DNA of 38,792 bases, taken from assembly GCA_964434845.1 (NCBI GenBank), contig CAYSWT010000006.1, positions 1 to 38,792 of the forward strand, read 5' to 3'. Source of the stretch: an uncultured Atribacterota bacterium (GTDB taxonomy: Bacteria > Atribacterota > Atribacteria > Atribacterales > Atribacteraceae). Below are positions 1-8,997 of the stretch, piece after piece. Under the pieces are notes generated by a model, which ran no database searches, was not told the DNA's origin, and saw nothing but the letters and a program-made list of their open reading frames with translations. Both the position numbers and the translations under genes were made by a program. Each line of letters begins with the position of its first letter. Position 1 is the stretch's first letter.

Positions 1-97
1 CTTTACAACTCAACACCTCAACCTCTCAACAACTCAACATTTTGGTGTTTTCATCCTCATATGGTGCCACAACGTGGCATGGCGGTCTATTATCCAG
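1..97 (-). repeat. Copy 1 (truncated by the window edge, reverse orientation) of the intergenic structured repeat family. Tandem CTCAACnn octamers at 6..37, core complement ggcatggcggtctattatcc at 76..95.
   Basis: Reverse complement of 8..96 aligns almost base-for-base with 38566..38652 (GGATA.TAGACCgCCATGCC ACGTTGTGGC ACCATaTGAGgATGaAAACACCAAAATGTTGAG...). Lies just 3' of the nrdJ stop. Confidence 0.8.
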
Positions 98-166
98 ATA
101 TGGAGGTTTATTCATTTATTTTTTTTCTCTTTTCATTATTCCAGTCTTTCCCCGTAGATTGAGTTT

Positions 167-2218
167 TCAACAATTCTCACATTCTTTCTCGCCAGTTCCT
201 AAATAAAGAACCTGGGATTCCCGGCTATGATACCGAAAGACCGTAATCCCTTTGCAGCGAAGTGCATGGGCGAGGAGATAAACCTGAGCGACCGTTTCTG
301 GTGTTGCCTCTTCAGGAAGATTAATTGTTTTGGATACGGCATTATCAACATATTTTTGAAATGAAGACTGCATGCGTACCTGAAATTCTGGAGGAATCTC
401 CGACGCCGTCAAGAAAAGAGCATGAAGGAGGGGAGGTATTCCTGGTATATCCCGTAGTGATCCCTGTTCCCAAATCATTTTTCGCACATTTTCCGGAATG
501 TGATATGTTTTCAGACTCTCTTCTAACCAAGGATTGATTTCCAGCAATTCGGTATTTTCCAACACATACCGCCTGAAGACGAGAGCAAAATAGGGTTCAA
601 TGCCACTCGAACACCCGGCTATAAGACTGATGGAACCAGTGGGAGCGATCGAGGTTACAGTTGCATTCCGTAATCGGTTATTCTCTTGAGAATAGATGCT
701 CTGCGAATAATTGGGGAAAACCCCTCTTCTCTTGGCTAATTCCTGAGATGCGGCTCGTGCTTGTAAGCAAATGAATGACATCAGTTCTTCTGCCACGACT
801 AAAGCGTGATCGGAAAAATAGGATACTCCAATGGCGCTCAGTAGATCGGAAAATCCCATCACCCCCAACCCGATCTTTCGATTTCCCCGTACCATTTGTT
901 CGATAACTGGCAAAGGATAACGATTGATGTCGATCACGTTATCTAAAAAATGAACTGCAGCAAAAACCACGTGTTTTAACTTAGGATAATCGATTTTTCC
1001 GTCACGGACCATCCGCGCCAGATTTATCGATCCGAGATTGCATGATTCATAAGCAAGGAGCGGTACTTCACCACATGGGTTGGTTGCTTCAATTCGTCCT
1101 AAAGCCGGAGTGGGATTGGTCCGGTTTATTTCGTCCAAAAATATCAAACCTGGTTCCCCGGATTTCCAGGCGCTTTCGACAATCTGTTGGAAAAGTTCCC
1201 GAGCATTCATGCGTAAAACGTTTTTTCCAGTATGGGGATTCATTAAATCGATCATTTGTTCTTGACGAACTTTTTCCATTTCTTCGTCGGTAATTGCCAC
1301 TGATAAATTAAAATTCTCCAAAAGACTGGATTTTTCTTTCACTTGAATAAATTCACGAATATCAGGATGATTGAAACGCAGGATTCCCATGTTGGCACCC
1401 CGCCGACGCCCACCCTGCTTGACTACATCGGTCGTCACATCAAAAATCCGCATAAATGAAACCGGCCCTGACGCTCTGCCTCCGGTTGAAGCCACCCGGT
1501 CACCTTTGGGACGAAGCTGGGAAAAATTGAAACCGGTTCCACCTCCTGATTTATGAATAAAAGCCATATCTCGTAACGTGTTGAAGATATCCTCAATCGA
1601 ATCCCCAATAGGGAGAACGAAACACGCGGACAGCTGACCCAAAGGAGTACCGGCATTCATCAGAGTGGGCGAATTGGGGAGAAATTCGAGTTTGGTGAGC
1701 ATTTGGTAAAAAACTTCAGCACTCCGATCAGCCTCCTCATGGTAGAGGCGATCCGCTTCAGAGACCGTCCGGGCGACTCGCTCCATCATCTGTTTGGGAG
1801 TCTCCTGAACTTCTCCTTCCTCATTTTTGATAAGGTAGCGCTCTTTCAAAACCTTTATTGCATTGAGAGTGAGCTTTAAATCATCATGAACCCCAAACAC
1901 ATTCCACTTGGCTTCGCGTATCTCTCTCCGCTTTTCCCGATAAAGAATATAGGCCTTGGCCACTTCGGGAAGCGAATGAGACATAAGGGTCTTTTCGACT
2001 GCATCTTGAATTTCTTCGACAGTCGGTACCGGTCCGATACCATCAATGATGAGTCTGGAAATTACCTCTTGTGCCAGATCTTCAGCCCGACCCACTTGAT
2101 ATTGATCCGTCGCTCGAAGTGCTTGTTCGATGGCATGCACGATTTTCACAGTAGAAAAGGGCTCAACCTCGCCATTTCTTTTTTTCACCTGGGCAAAGAA
2201 AGTATCAGCCAATCTCAT
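167..2218 (-). CDS. nrdJ: Class II (adenosylcobalamin-dependent) ribonucleotide reductase
   Basis: 683-aa ORF. Active-site block ATNPCGEVPLLAYESCNLGSINL and the overall length and pattern match class II RNRs. Good RBS context and translational coupling to the upstream small ORF. Confidence 0.85.
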   Translation of the reverse strand: MRLADTFFAQVKKRNGEVEPFSTVKIVHAIEQALRATDQYQVGRAEDLAQEVISRLIIDGIGPVPTVEEIQDAVEKTLMSHSLPEVAKAYILYREKRREIREAKWNVFGVHDDLKLTLNAIKVLKERYLIKNEEGEVQETPKQMMERVARTVSEADRLYHEEADRSAEVFYQMLTKLEFLPNSPTLMNAGTPLGQLSACFVLPIGDSIEDIFNTLRDMAFIHKSGGGTGFNFSQLRPKGDRVASTGGRASGPVSFMRIFDVTTDVVKQGGRRRGANMGILRFNHPDIREFIQVKEKSSLLENFNLSVAITDEEMEKVRQEQMIDLMNPHTGKNVLRMNARELFQQIVESAWKSGEPGLIFLDEINRTNPTPALGRIEATNPCGEVPLLAYESCNLGSINLARMVRDGKIDYPKLKHVVFAAVHFLDNVIDINRYPLPVIEQMVRGNRKIGLGVMGFSDLLSAIGVSYFSDHALVVAEELMSFICLQARAASQELAKRRGVFPNYSQSIYSQENNRLRNATVTSIAPTGSISLIAGCSSGIEPYFALVFRRYVLENTELLEINPWLEESLKTYHIPENVRKMIWEQGSLRDIPGIPPLLHALFLTASEIPPEFQVRMQSSFQKYVDNAVSKTINLPEEATPETVAQVYLLAHALRCKGITVFRYHSRESQVLYLGTGEKECENC

Positions 2219-2343
2219 ACCTCCTTTTCATCTTCAGCCTCCTTCTTCACAAAGCTCCCTTTGGCTCCACAGCTCGGGCATTTCTGAGGTTTACACCGAC
2301 TTTCTTTTTCTGAACCGCACGCTTCACACTTCCAAATTGTCAT
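2215..2343 (-). CDS. 42-aa zinc-ribbon protein (CxxC-x7-C-x4-CxxC), translationally coupled to nrdJ
   Basis: ATG at complement 2343 is preceded by AAGGTGGG. Sequence is MTIWKCEACGSEKESRCKPQKCPSCGAKGSFVKKEAEDEKEV. The stop TGA overlaps the nrdJ ATG (ATGA). Absent from the supplied ORF track because it is below the length cut-off. Confidence 0.6.
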   Translation of the reverse strand: MTIWKCEACGSEKESRCKPQKCPSCGAKGSFVKKEAEDEKEV

Positions 2344-2385
2344 GGGCTATTCCCACCTTTCGCCGACATCCTGGCCGATTTGATA

Positions 2386-3048
2386 TTAATTATTCATAAA
2401 AAAGTTTTTATCGATCCAGCATTCTAAATCATCCCAGGTTGAAAAAATAAAATCGGGCGCATCATCGAGGAATACATCCTGATGAATTGAATCCCATTTA
2501 ACGAGGGCGCCCTGAACTCCAGCACGATGAGCTGATTGAATATCTAATGGAGAATCACCAAAATAAATCACTTCTTCGGGTTTAATCGAAAACAAGTCCA
2601 AAATCTTTTGAACTCCATCTGGAAACGGCTTGGGACGTGGAATCTCATCACCACAGACAATGGCATCAAATAAATCGATAACTTTCAACTTTTTTATGGT
2701 AATCTCAGCACTTCTTCGACCTTTGGAGGTAAACAGGGCTTGTTTTATTCCTTTTAACCGGAGAGTGCGTATACAATCAAATACTCTGGGAAATGTTTTG
2801 ACCAAAAGGTCATGATTGTCCTGATAATAAGTATAAAAATCATGTAAAGCCTGGGCTTTTCTTTCAGGACCGACAATTTTTTCAATCACATCGCCTTCAG
2901 GAGGCCCATACAAACGAACGATCTCCGCCGGGGTCATTTTCAACCCAGTATACTTTTCCGAAACCATATTAAAAGCATTCCAGAGGAGTTTCGAACTCCC
3001 GATCAGTGTATTATCCAAATCCCAAATCATAAGCTTAAACATGGCCAC
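2386..3048 (-). CDS. HAD-superfamily phosphatase/hydrolase
   Basis: N-terminal DxD motif (LMIWDLDNTLIGSS). HAD motif III KP.PD, and C-terminal GDS..D motif IV (YFGDSPLDIQSA). Confidence 0.8.
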   Translation of the reverse strand: MAMFKLMIWDLDNTLIGSSKLLWNAFNMVSEKYTGLKMTPAEIVRLYGPPEGDVIEKIVGPERKAQALHDFYTYYQDNHDLLVKTFPRVFDCIRTLRLKGIKQALFTSKGRRSAEITIKKLKVIDLFDAIVCGDEIPRPKPFPDGVQKILDLFSIKPEEVIYFGDSPLDIQSAHRAGVQGALVKWDSIHQDVFLDDAPDFIFSTWDDLECWIDKNFFMNN

Positions 3049-4093
3049 CGGTTTCCTTTTCGATTTCTCTCAGATTTCCGATCACAGTTTCCATATTCGC
3101 ATCAGTCCCCATCGATATTCGAAGAGAATCGGGCCATTCGGAAAAATATCGGACTAAAATCTTTCTTTGCTTGAGTTGAAGATACACTCGTTCTAAATTT
3201 TTACCCGGTCGTTTCACCATAACAAAGTTGGCTTCTGAGGGAAGAACCACATAGCCCAGCTCCAACATCGCCTCCGAAAATACGCTTCGAGTATGTTTGA
3301 TCTTCTCTGCGTTCTGCTTCATATGTTGGATATCCTGCAGAGCTGCCCAGGCGGCTTTTTGGGAAAACCAGCTGACGTTATAGGAATCCTTTAATTTTAA
3401 AAAACCATCAACCAGATTGGGATGAGCGAAAAGAACACCAATGCGCATACCCGCCAGAGAAAAAGACTTGGAGAGGGTTCGCAATATGATGAGTTGGTCA
3501 AATTGACCAAGAAGCGGAAGCGCGTTTTCCCGGGCAAAGTCAACATAGGCTTCATCCACCACCACTGGGCACGATGAAGACTTTAAAAGCTTCTCGATGT
3601 GGCTGGAAGGTAAAAAAGTTCCAGTAGGTGAATTTGGGTTACAAATCACTTTCATACACGCTGATTTAGTAAATATGCTTTCCGGGAGAGTGTAGTCAGG
3701 ATTAAACGGAATTTCGTGATAATCAGCTTCCTGAAAAAGAGCGAGGGTTCGATATAAAGTGTAGGTGGGAAAAGGATAAACAACCCGATCGTTCTTCCCC
3801 AAAAAAGCCCGAAAAACGATATTCAGAAGTTCATCGGAACCGTTTCCGATTAAAATCCAATCGGGAGGATACCCATAAACCTCAGATACTTTTTCTCTCA
3901 GTTCATCACAGAGTGGTGGGGGATAGAGCCCCAAATAACGTGGATTAAGACTTTGTTTCAAAGATTCTATCACCAACGGTGAAGGAGGATAGGGATTTTC
4001 ATTGGTATTCAGTTTAATAAATTCACCGTCATGAGGTTGCTCACCCGGAACATACCCTTTCATCGTTTCCAGGTGAGGACGAAAATAGCTCAT
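3035..4093 (-). CDS. hisC: Histidinol-phosphate aminotransferase family (class II PLP aminotransferase; HisC-like, possibly a CobD-like paralog)
   Basis: NPNSPTG motif. PLP-lysine block LSKSFSLAGMRIGV. 352 aa is a typical size. Confidence 0.7.
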   Translation of the reverse strand: MSYFRPHLETMKGYVPGEQPHDGEFIKLNTNENPYPPSPLVIESLKQSLNPRYLGLYPPPLCDELREKVSEVYGYPPDWILIGNGSDELLNIVFRAFLGKNDRVVYPFPTYTLYRTLALFQEADYHEIPFNPDYTLPESIFTKSACMKVICNPNSPTGTFLPSSHIEKLLKSSSCPVVVDEAYVDFARENALPLLGQFDQLIILRTLSKSFSLAGMRIGVLFAHPNLVDGFLKLKDSYNVSWFSQKAAWAALQDIQHMKQNAEKIKHTRSVFSEAMLELGYVVLPSEANFVMVKRPGKNLERVYLQLKQRKILVRYFSEWPDSLRISMGTDANMETVIGNLREIEKETGGHV

Positions 4094-4662
4094 CTCGGAC
4101 CTCCTTTGCCCATGTGCTTTAATATTTGAGTACTCCTCCCACTCGTGTCATGCAAAGTATACACTTCCAATAAATTCCGATAATCACCTCGAAAGTCAAG
4201 ACCATAACCAACAACATATATATCGGGAATTTCAAAGCAGGAATAATGCACTGGTACTTCGATAAATCGCCGGTCAGGACAATCTAAAAAAGTACAGGCA
4301 ACGATGCTGGCGGGGAATCGCTTTTCCATGATGTGCATTAAAAAATTCAAAGTCATGCCGGTATCGATAATATCTTCAACGATGATGACATCTCGATCAG
4401 CGACTTCTTCAGTAATGTCTTTTTCGATTTCAACCTTTTTAAAACCGGTTTTAAAGCTCGAGATCGACATAAAATCAAGATCAAATGGAATAGCGAGAGA
4501 CCGGGTCAGATCAACCGTAAAAAAAATCGCCCCTCTTAAAATGGAGATGATCAGCGGTCTTTTCCCCACATAATCTTGACTGATCGCTGTCGAAATCTGT
4601 TTGACACGGGTTTCTATTTCCACTCTTGTAAATACACATTCTCCCAGCTTGGATTCAATCAT
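4090..4662 (-). CDS. hpt: Hypoxanthine-guanine phosphoribosyltransferase
   Basis: PRPP-binding motif VIIVEDIIDTGMTL. GYGLDF block. 190 aa. Confidence 0.85.
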   Translation of the reverse strand: MIESKLGECVFTRVEIETRVKQISTAISQDYVGKRPLIISILRGAIFFTVDLTRSLAIPFDLDFMSISSFKTGFKKVEIEKDITEEVADRDVIIVEDIIDTGMTLNFLMHIMEKRFPASIVACTFLDCPDRRFIEVPVHYSCFEIPDIYVVGYGLDFRGDYRNLLEVYTLHDTSGRSTQILKHMGKGGPR

Positions 4663-5594
4663 TGATTATCCTCCACTCCAAACTTGCGTAAAAGATGCAT
4701 ATAATCTCGAGAATATATTACCTTGATTTTTATCTGAGGGTAAAGTTCCCGAAGTCTTCTCACTTTTCGGTTTTTTTTCCTGACTAATTTTTGTCTCTGG
4801 GTGGTGAGTTCGATAAACAGATCAAAATCGGGAAGATAGAAATCTGGGGAGAAGGCTTCAATAACATTCCCCTCATTATCCCATTCCAAAGGAAAAGTGC
4901 GGGGCTCATAAAGCCATTTTATACGGTAAAAATCAAGAATGCGAGCAAATTCTTCCTCAGAAGGATGAACAAAATCCACCCGGTTCCCTCCAAAATCAAG
5001 ATTGGGAAAAAGTGGTTGTTGTTCTCCCTTTCCGAGCGATGGCACTCCAATATTTGCCATTGCTTCCAGAATAATGTGACAAGCCCGATCAACCGAATAA
5101 TAAGCGGTATTCAAAACCAGGTTGTACATCATGGGGTTTTTCCAATCAGCTCCTAATGTTTCTAACAGGAACTTTTCCCTTTTCCGATCCAGTTCGGATA
5201 ATATATGAGAAGCCGTCACTTCATCCTGATGGTATTTTTCCATGATTCTTTTCAACCGGACTTCCGGCGAAGAGACGATTAACAAGTGAAAAGTACGGAC
5301 ATCATTTTGAAAGATGGTTTGGCCACCCCGACCAAGAAAGATGATAGGTCGCTTTTTTATCTGTTTGTAAACGATCTCACGAACCGCTTTCGCCCAGATG
5401 AGAAATTTAACTCGATCAATATTTTCATCCAGATCGTCATGCCCTGATTCATGGAGGAATTGTGCTAATTGGTCACGATCAATGAGTTGATAATTTAAAA
5501 GTTGAGAGAGTTTTTCCGCAATCTCATCACCGAGGCTTTCGGTTTCGCGGGAAAGAGTAATAATTGATACCTTTTCCACTGAACGCTCCACCAA
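4659..5594 (-). CDS. Cytidylate-kinase-like family protein (AAA/NMP-kinase fold) with an uncharacterised ~110-aa C-terminal extension
   Basis: N-terminal VSIITLSRETESLGDEIAEKLSQLLNYQLIDRD resembles the cytidylate kinase-like family. The C-terminal part (…FSPDFYLPDFDLFIELTTQRQK…) is unrecognised. Confidence 0.5.
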   Translation of the reverse strand: MVERSVEKVSIITLSRETESLGDEIAEKLSQLLNYQLIDRDQLAQFLHESGHDDLDENIDRVKFLIWAKAVREIVYKQIKKRPIIFLGRGGQTIFQNDVRTFHLLIVSSPEVRLKRIMEKYHQDEVTASHILSELDRKREKFLLETLGADWKNPMMYNLVLNTAYYSVDRACHIILEAMANIGVPSLGKGEQQPLFPNLDFGGNRVDFVHPSEEEFARILDFYRIKWLYEPRTFPLEWDNEGNVIEAFSPDFYLPDFDLFIELTTQRQKLVRKKNRKVRRLRELYPQIKIKVIYSRDYMHLLRKFGVEDNQ

Positions 5595-5680
5595 CCTGTT
5601 TTCCCATATTATATACGAATTCCCTGTTTCTTTCTCATCGGGAATTTACGGAATGAATAAATTCGGTTAAAATAATAATC

Positions 5681-6244
5681 ATGAGAAAAATGAATTGGGA
5701 ATTCGAGCTTATGATTCTTCTGGTCATCATTGTAGGAACGATGATTCTCGGCACCGCTTCTCCAATAGCAGCCTCGGCTTGGCGAGATGCTCCTTCCTTT
5801 TATTTATACGACCTCTCCGGACAGGAAATACAATTTACCGTTTCCGATAATATGGTGGTTCTTTTATTCATGTCTCCCGATTGTTTTGCCTGTGATCGGG
5901 AATTGTTTATGGCGAATATCCTTCAAAAAAATCTCTCTTTCCAGCTCATACCGGTTTGTATTGGGTGTAACTGGAAAGAGGTGAAACGTATCCAAGAATC
6001 ACTCAATCTGGAGCTCCCAATCTATATGGGAAAAGTGAATCTCAAGGCGAGCTGGGGAATTTGGGAGTTCCCGACTGCCTTTTTAGTTGATAAAAATATG
6101 AAAATCCTTGAAAAATGGCAAGGGAAAATTGCCGTTCAGTCTTTAGAGAAACAGTTAGCCAACAGAGAAATGGTTCAATCGAAAAGAAAAAAAGCGGATG
6201 GGGATTCATCCCCATCCGCTTGCAGCGATGTTGTGTGTTATTAG
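5681..6244 (+). CDS. Membrane-anchored thioredoxin-fold thiol:disulfide oxidoreductase (TlpA/ResA-like)
   Basis: N-terminal TM helix. CFAC (CxxC) active-site motif in a redoxin-like context. Confidence 0.6.
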   Translation: MRKMNWEFELMILLVIIVGTMILGTASPIAASAWRDAPSFYLYDLSGQEIQFTVSDNMVVLLFMSPDCFACDRELFMANILQKNLSFQLIPVCIGCNWKEVKRIQESLNLELPIYMGKVNLKASWGIWEFPTAFLVDKNMKILEKWQGKIAVQSLEKQLANREMVQSKRKKADGDSSPSACSDVVCY

Positions 6245-6879
6245 TTCATTTCCCATTCCTGAAGTTCCAGGTACAACGATTTCTGACCTTCCTCAAGTGT
6301 ATCCGTATCCCTGATTTCAACCACAAAGGGAAGCGGCGACGCTTTGGATAACAGCATCCGAACAATAATCTGATCATTTTTAAGGATCTCAATCCAGTTG
6401 GCTTTGGCTCCAAAACGTTCTTCAGAAGAGGTGACTTGAATGGTCATCTTCTCCCCCTCTTCTTTGGTACTCCATTTGAAACCCTCTTTCAATTCTCCCC
6501 CCATCAAGGTGACGGGGAGAAGCATGAATTGGACCGCCATAACCGGAGCAATAACCGCCATTGTCATCGGGTTGGCAAAGAAGAGATTATTAAAAACGTT
6601 TTGGGAATCATCCTTGGTTGCAGTAAAAGTATTGGAAAACTCATTGTCACCCAATTGAAAATCAACCACTACCTGAAAAACCCCTGCATCCTGAGGAGTC
6701 ACATCGACAGCGAGATGGCCTTCGATCGTCGCTCCGTCTTTTTCTTCTCGAATCAAGTATTTTTGATGTTTCAGTTTCTCAAATTGAATCACATTCGGTA
6801 ACTCATCTTGAGCGAATGCAATTACCGATATTGATAGTATTAAAAGTAGTGATAGCCATCCCAACCATTTCCGCATCAT
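6241..6879 (-). CDS. Secreted hypothetical protein
   Basis: Start refined to MMRKWLGWLSLLLILSISVIAFAQ, preceded by GGAGGAG 6 nt upstream. Signal peptide with AFA-Q cleavage-like site. No recognisable domain. Confidence 0.55.
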   Translation of the reverse strand: MMRKWLGWLSLLLILSISVIAFAQDELPNVIQFEKLKHQKYLIREEKDGATIEGHLAVDVTPQDAGVFQVVVDFQLGDNEFSNTFTATKDDSQNVFNNLFFANPMTMAVIAPVMAVQFMLLPVTLMGGELKEGFKWSTKEEGEKMTIQVTSSEERFGAKANWIEILKNDQIIVRMLLSKASPLPFVVEIRDTDTLEEGQKSLYLELQEWEMN

Positions 6880-6962
6880 GTTTATCTCCTCCATTTTTTT
6901 CTGGTATTTTATCATGTCCCCCTGGTATTTACCCACTTTTTGGAGTCATCTATCAAAATATT

Positions 6963-6992
6963 TTGAAACTCGCCATTAGGCGATGCTATAAT
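6963..6992 (+). promoter_or_regulatory. Putative sigma70-type promoter for larBC (TTGAAA -18 bp- TATAAT)
   Basis: ttgaaa at 6963-6968 and tataat at 6987-6992, ~27 nt upstream of the larB start. Confidence 0.35.
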
Positions 6993-7018
6993 AGCATGCA
7001 ATTCAACAATAAAAGAAG

Positions 7019-7780
7019 GTGGTTTGTATATCAATTTTTCAACAAACCCTACAGGACCTTTGGGACCGAAAAATTAATCCGGAGGAAGCCGAAAAACGAC
7101 TCCGACAATTTCCCTATGAAGATATCGGTTTCGCCAAAATCGATCACCATCGTGCCCTCCGCAAGGGTTTCCCTGAAGTTGTTTTTTGTCAAGGAAAAAC
7201 CAATGAACAAATCGTAGATATCCTTAAGAAAATCAGCCGGGAGCATCCGAATTGCCTCGCCACGCGGGTTCAACCGGATACCTATGACTCGGTAAAAAAA
7301 GAATTTCCCGACATCCGTTTTCATCCCAATGCCCGCCTTCTGGTTCTGGAAAGAGAGCCGGTTTCAAAAAAAGGGTCAGTTGCCATCGTCAGCGCCGGTA
7401 CTGCTGATCTTCCGGTCGCCGAAGAGGCTGCTATCACAGCTGATGTTGCCGGGAGTACGGTGAGCAGAATCTACGACGTGGGAATTGCCGGTCTCCACCG
7501 ACTTATCTCGCATTTGAACCAACTCTGGCAAGCCAACGTCATTGTGGCAGTGGCTGGTATGGAAGGAGCTCTTCCCGGCGTTATTTCGGGCATGGTTGGA
7601 CGACCGGTGATCGCCGTCCCAACCAGCATCGGGTATGGTGCCCATTTTCAAGGGTTATCAGCACTCCTAACCATGTTGAATACCTGTTCTCCGGGTATAG
7701 GAGTAGTGAATATTGATAACGGCTTTGGCGCCGGATATCTTGCCCACCTTATCAATCGTTTAGCTGAAGGGGATAAATAA
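7019..7780 (+). CDS. larB: Nickel-pincer cofactor biosynthesis protein LarB (PurE-like P2CMN synthase)
   Basis: GFAKIDHHRALRKGFPEVVFCQGKT N-domain. PurE-like C-domain VAIVSAGTADLPVAEEA…VIVAVAGMEGALPGV…PVIAVPTSIGYG. Start (GTG 7019) is uncertain because the RBS overlaps it. Confidence 0.8.
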   Translation: MVCISIFQQTLQDLWDRKINPEEAEKRLRQFPYEDIGFAKIDHHRALRKGFPEVVFCQGKTNEQIVDILKKISREHPNCLATRVQPDTYDSVKKEFPDIRFHPNARLLVLEREPVSKKGSVAIVSAGTADLPVAEEAAITADVAGSTVSRIYDVGIAGLHRLISHLNQLWQANVIVAVAGMEGALPGVISGMVGRPVIAVPTSIGYGAHFQGLSALLTMLNTCSPGIGVVNIDNGFGAGYLAHLINRLAEGDK

Positions 7781-7784
7781 AACC

Positions 7785-8984
7785 ATGATTCTCTATTGTG
7801 ACTGCTTTTCTGGAATCAGTGGGGACATGTTTCTTGGGGGTTTGATTGATTTAGGGTTACCGGTGGATTATTTGAAATCGGAAATCGCCAAAATGAAAAT
7901 TCCTTTTCAGTTCCATGCCATTACGACCAAAAAGGGATCGATTCAAGCGGTTCAGATTGAAATAGCCGACCCGGAAGAAAGTGAAAGCCATCATGTTGAT
8001 CATCATCACCGCCCCGTAGCTGAGCTGATACGGATTATTCAGGAGAGTAAGCTCTCTCATTCAATAAGGGAAAAGTCAACCACCATCCTCTGGAAAATTG
8101 CACAGGCAGAAGGGAAAATTCACGGACAAAACCCGGAGAATGTCTATCTCCATGAGGTCGGAGGAGTTGATACTTTGATTGATATCACCGGCGTTCTCAT
8201 CGGTGTTGATTATTTGGCAATCAATAAAATCATGGCCTCAATTATCCCCACCGGGTATGGTTTCATCTCCACCAGTCATGGAACCCTCCCCATTCCCGCA
8301 CCGGCAACTGCGGAACTCCTCAAAGGGATTCCGGTGACAGCTGGTCATGTTCCAGGAGAACTAACGACTCCAACCGGTGCTGCCCTCATCGGTACCATGG
8401 CCGAGCAATTTGGTTCTATTCCCCCAATGATCATTGAACGCATCGGCTATGGTGCCGGCCATCGCGACTATGAATCACCAAATGTATTGCGTCTCTTATT
8501 AGGGCGAGATCTCCCCACCTCTCAGCACGAAGAAAATATTCTGATCGAAACCAATATCGATGACATGAGTCCGCAAATCGTCGATTATGTCAGTGAAAAA
8601 CTCTTTGAGGCTGGAGCATTGGACGTTTATACCACGCCCATCTACATGAAAAAACAACGTCCAGCCTTCATGCTGTCTGTTATTGTCCCGCCCAGCCGCC
8701 TTCAGGAATTTAGAGATCTTCTTTTTAAAGAAACCACCACCCTCGGAATCCGAGAAATTTCATTCAAAAAAGTGTCTCTTCCCCGTGAAGATATGGAATT
8801 GGAAACTACTTGGGGAAAAACAAAGGTCAAAATATCTCGTTACCGTGATGGAATAAAACTAACGCCCGAATATGAAGAATGCAAAAGTATCGCCCGACAA
8901 TTTCACCTCCCACTGATTGAAGTTATCCATGCTGTTCGAAACGCAGCGGAAAATAAACTCCGTACCGGTGGAAGGTTCGAATGA
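7785..8984 (+). CDS. larC: Nickel insertion protein LarC (DUF111 family, CTP-dependent nickel chelatase)
   Basis: N-terminal MILYCDCFSGISGDMFLGGLIDLG (hallmark of the LarC/DUF111 family). His-rich patch ESESHHVDHHHRP. 399 aa. Confidence 0.8.
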   Translation: MILYCDCFSGISGDMFLGGLIDLGLPVDYLKSEIAKMKIPFQFHAITTKKGSIQAVQIEIADPEESESHHVDHHHRPVAELIRIIQESKLSHSIREKSTTILWKIAQAEGKIHGQNPENVYLHEVGGVDTLIDITGVLIGVDYLAINKIMASIIPTGYGFISTSHGTLPIPAPATAELLKGIPVTAGHVPGELTTPTGAALIGTMAEQFGSIPPMIIERIGYGAGHRDYESPNVLRLLLGRDLPTSQHEENILIETNIDDMSPQIVDYVSEKLFEAGALDVYTTPIYMKKQRPAFMLSVIVPPSRLQEFRDLLFKETTTLGIREISFKKVSLPREDMELETTWGKTKVKISRYRDGIKLTPEYEECKSIARQFHLPLIEVIHAVRNAAENKLRTGGRFE

Positions 8985-8997
8985 AAGGCGATAATCC

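Noticed and set aside
325-537. Short ORFs on both strands overlapping nrdJ (325..537 +, 345..530 -, 1042..1293 +, 1886..2287 + etc.)
   Set aside because: They are fully embedded in or antisense to a long, motif-rich gene. They have no RBS and no recognisable protein features. They are typical shadow ORFs.
2219-2385. Cobalamin riboswitch upstream of nrdJ
   Set aside because: The space is occupied by the small zinc-ribbon ORF and a 42-bp gap. There is no B12-box-like sequence. nrdJ appears to be transcribed as part of the upstream operon.
3035-4093. Calling this region a histidine biosynthesis operon
   Set aside because: Only a single HisC-family gene is present. The neighbours are hpt, a HAD phosphatase and nrdJ, so a his operon is not supported.
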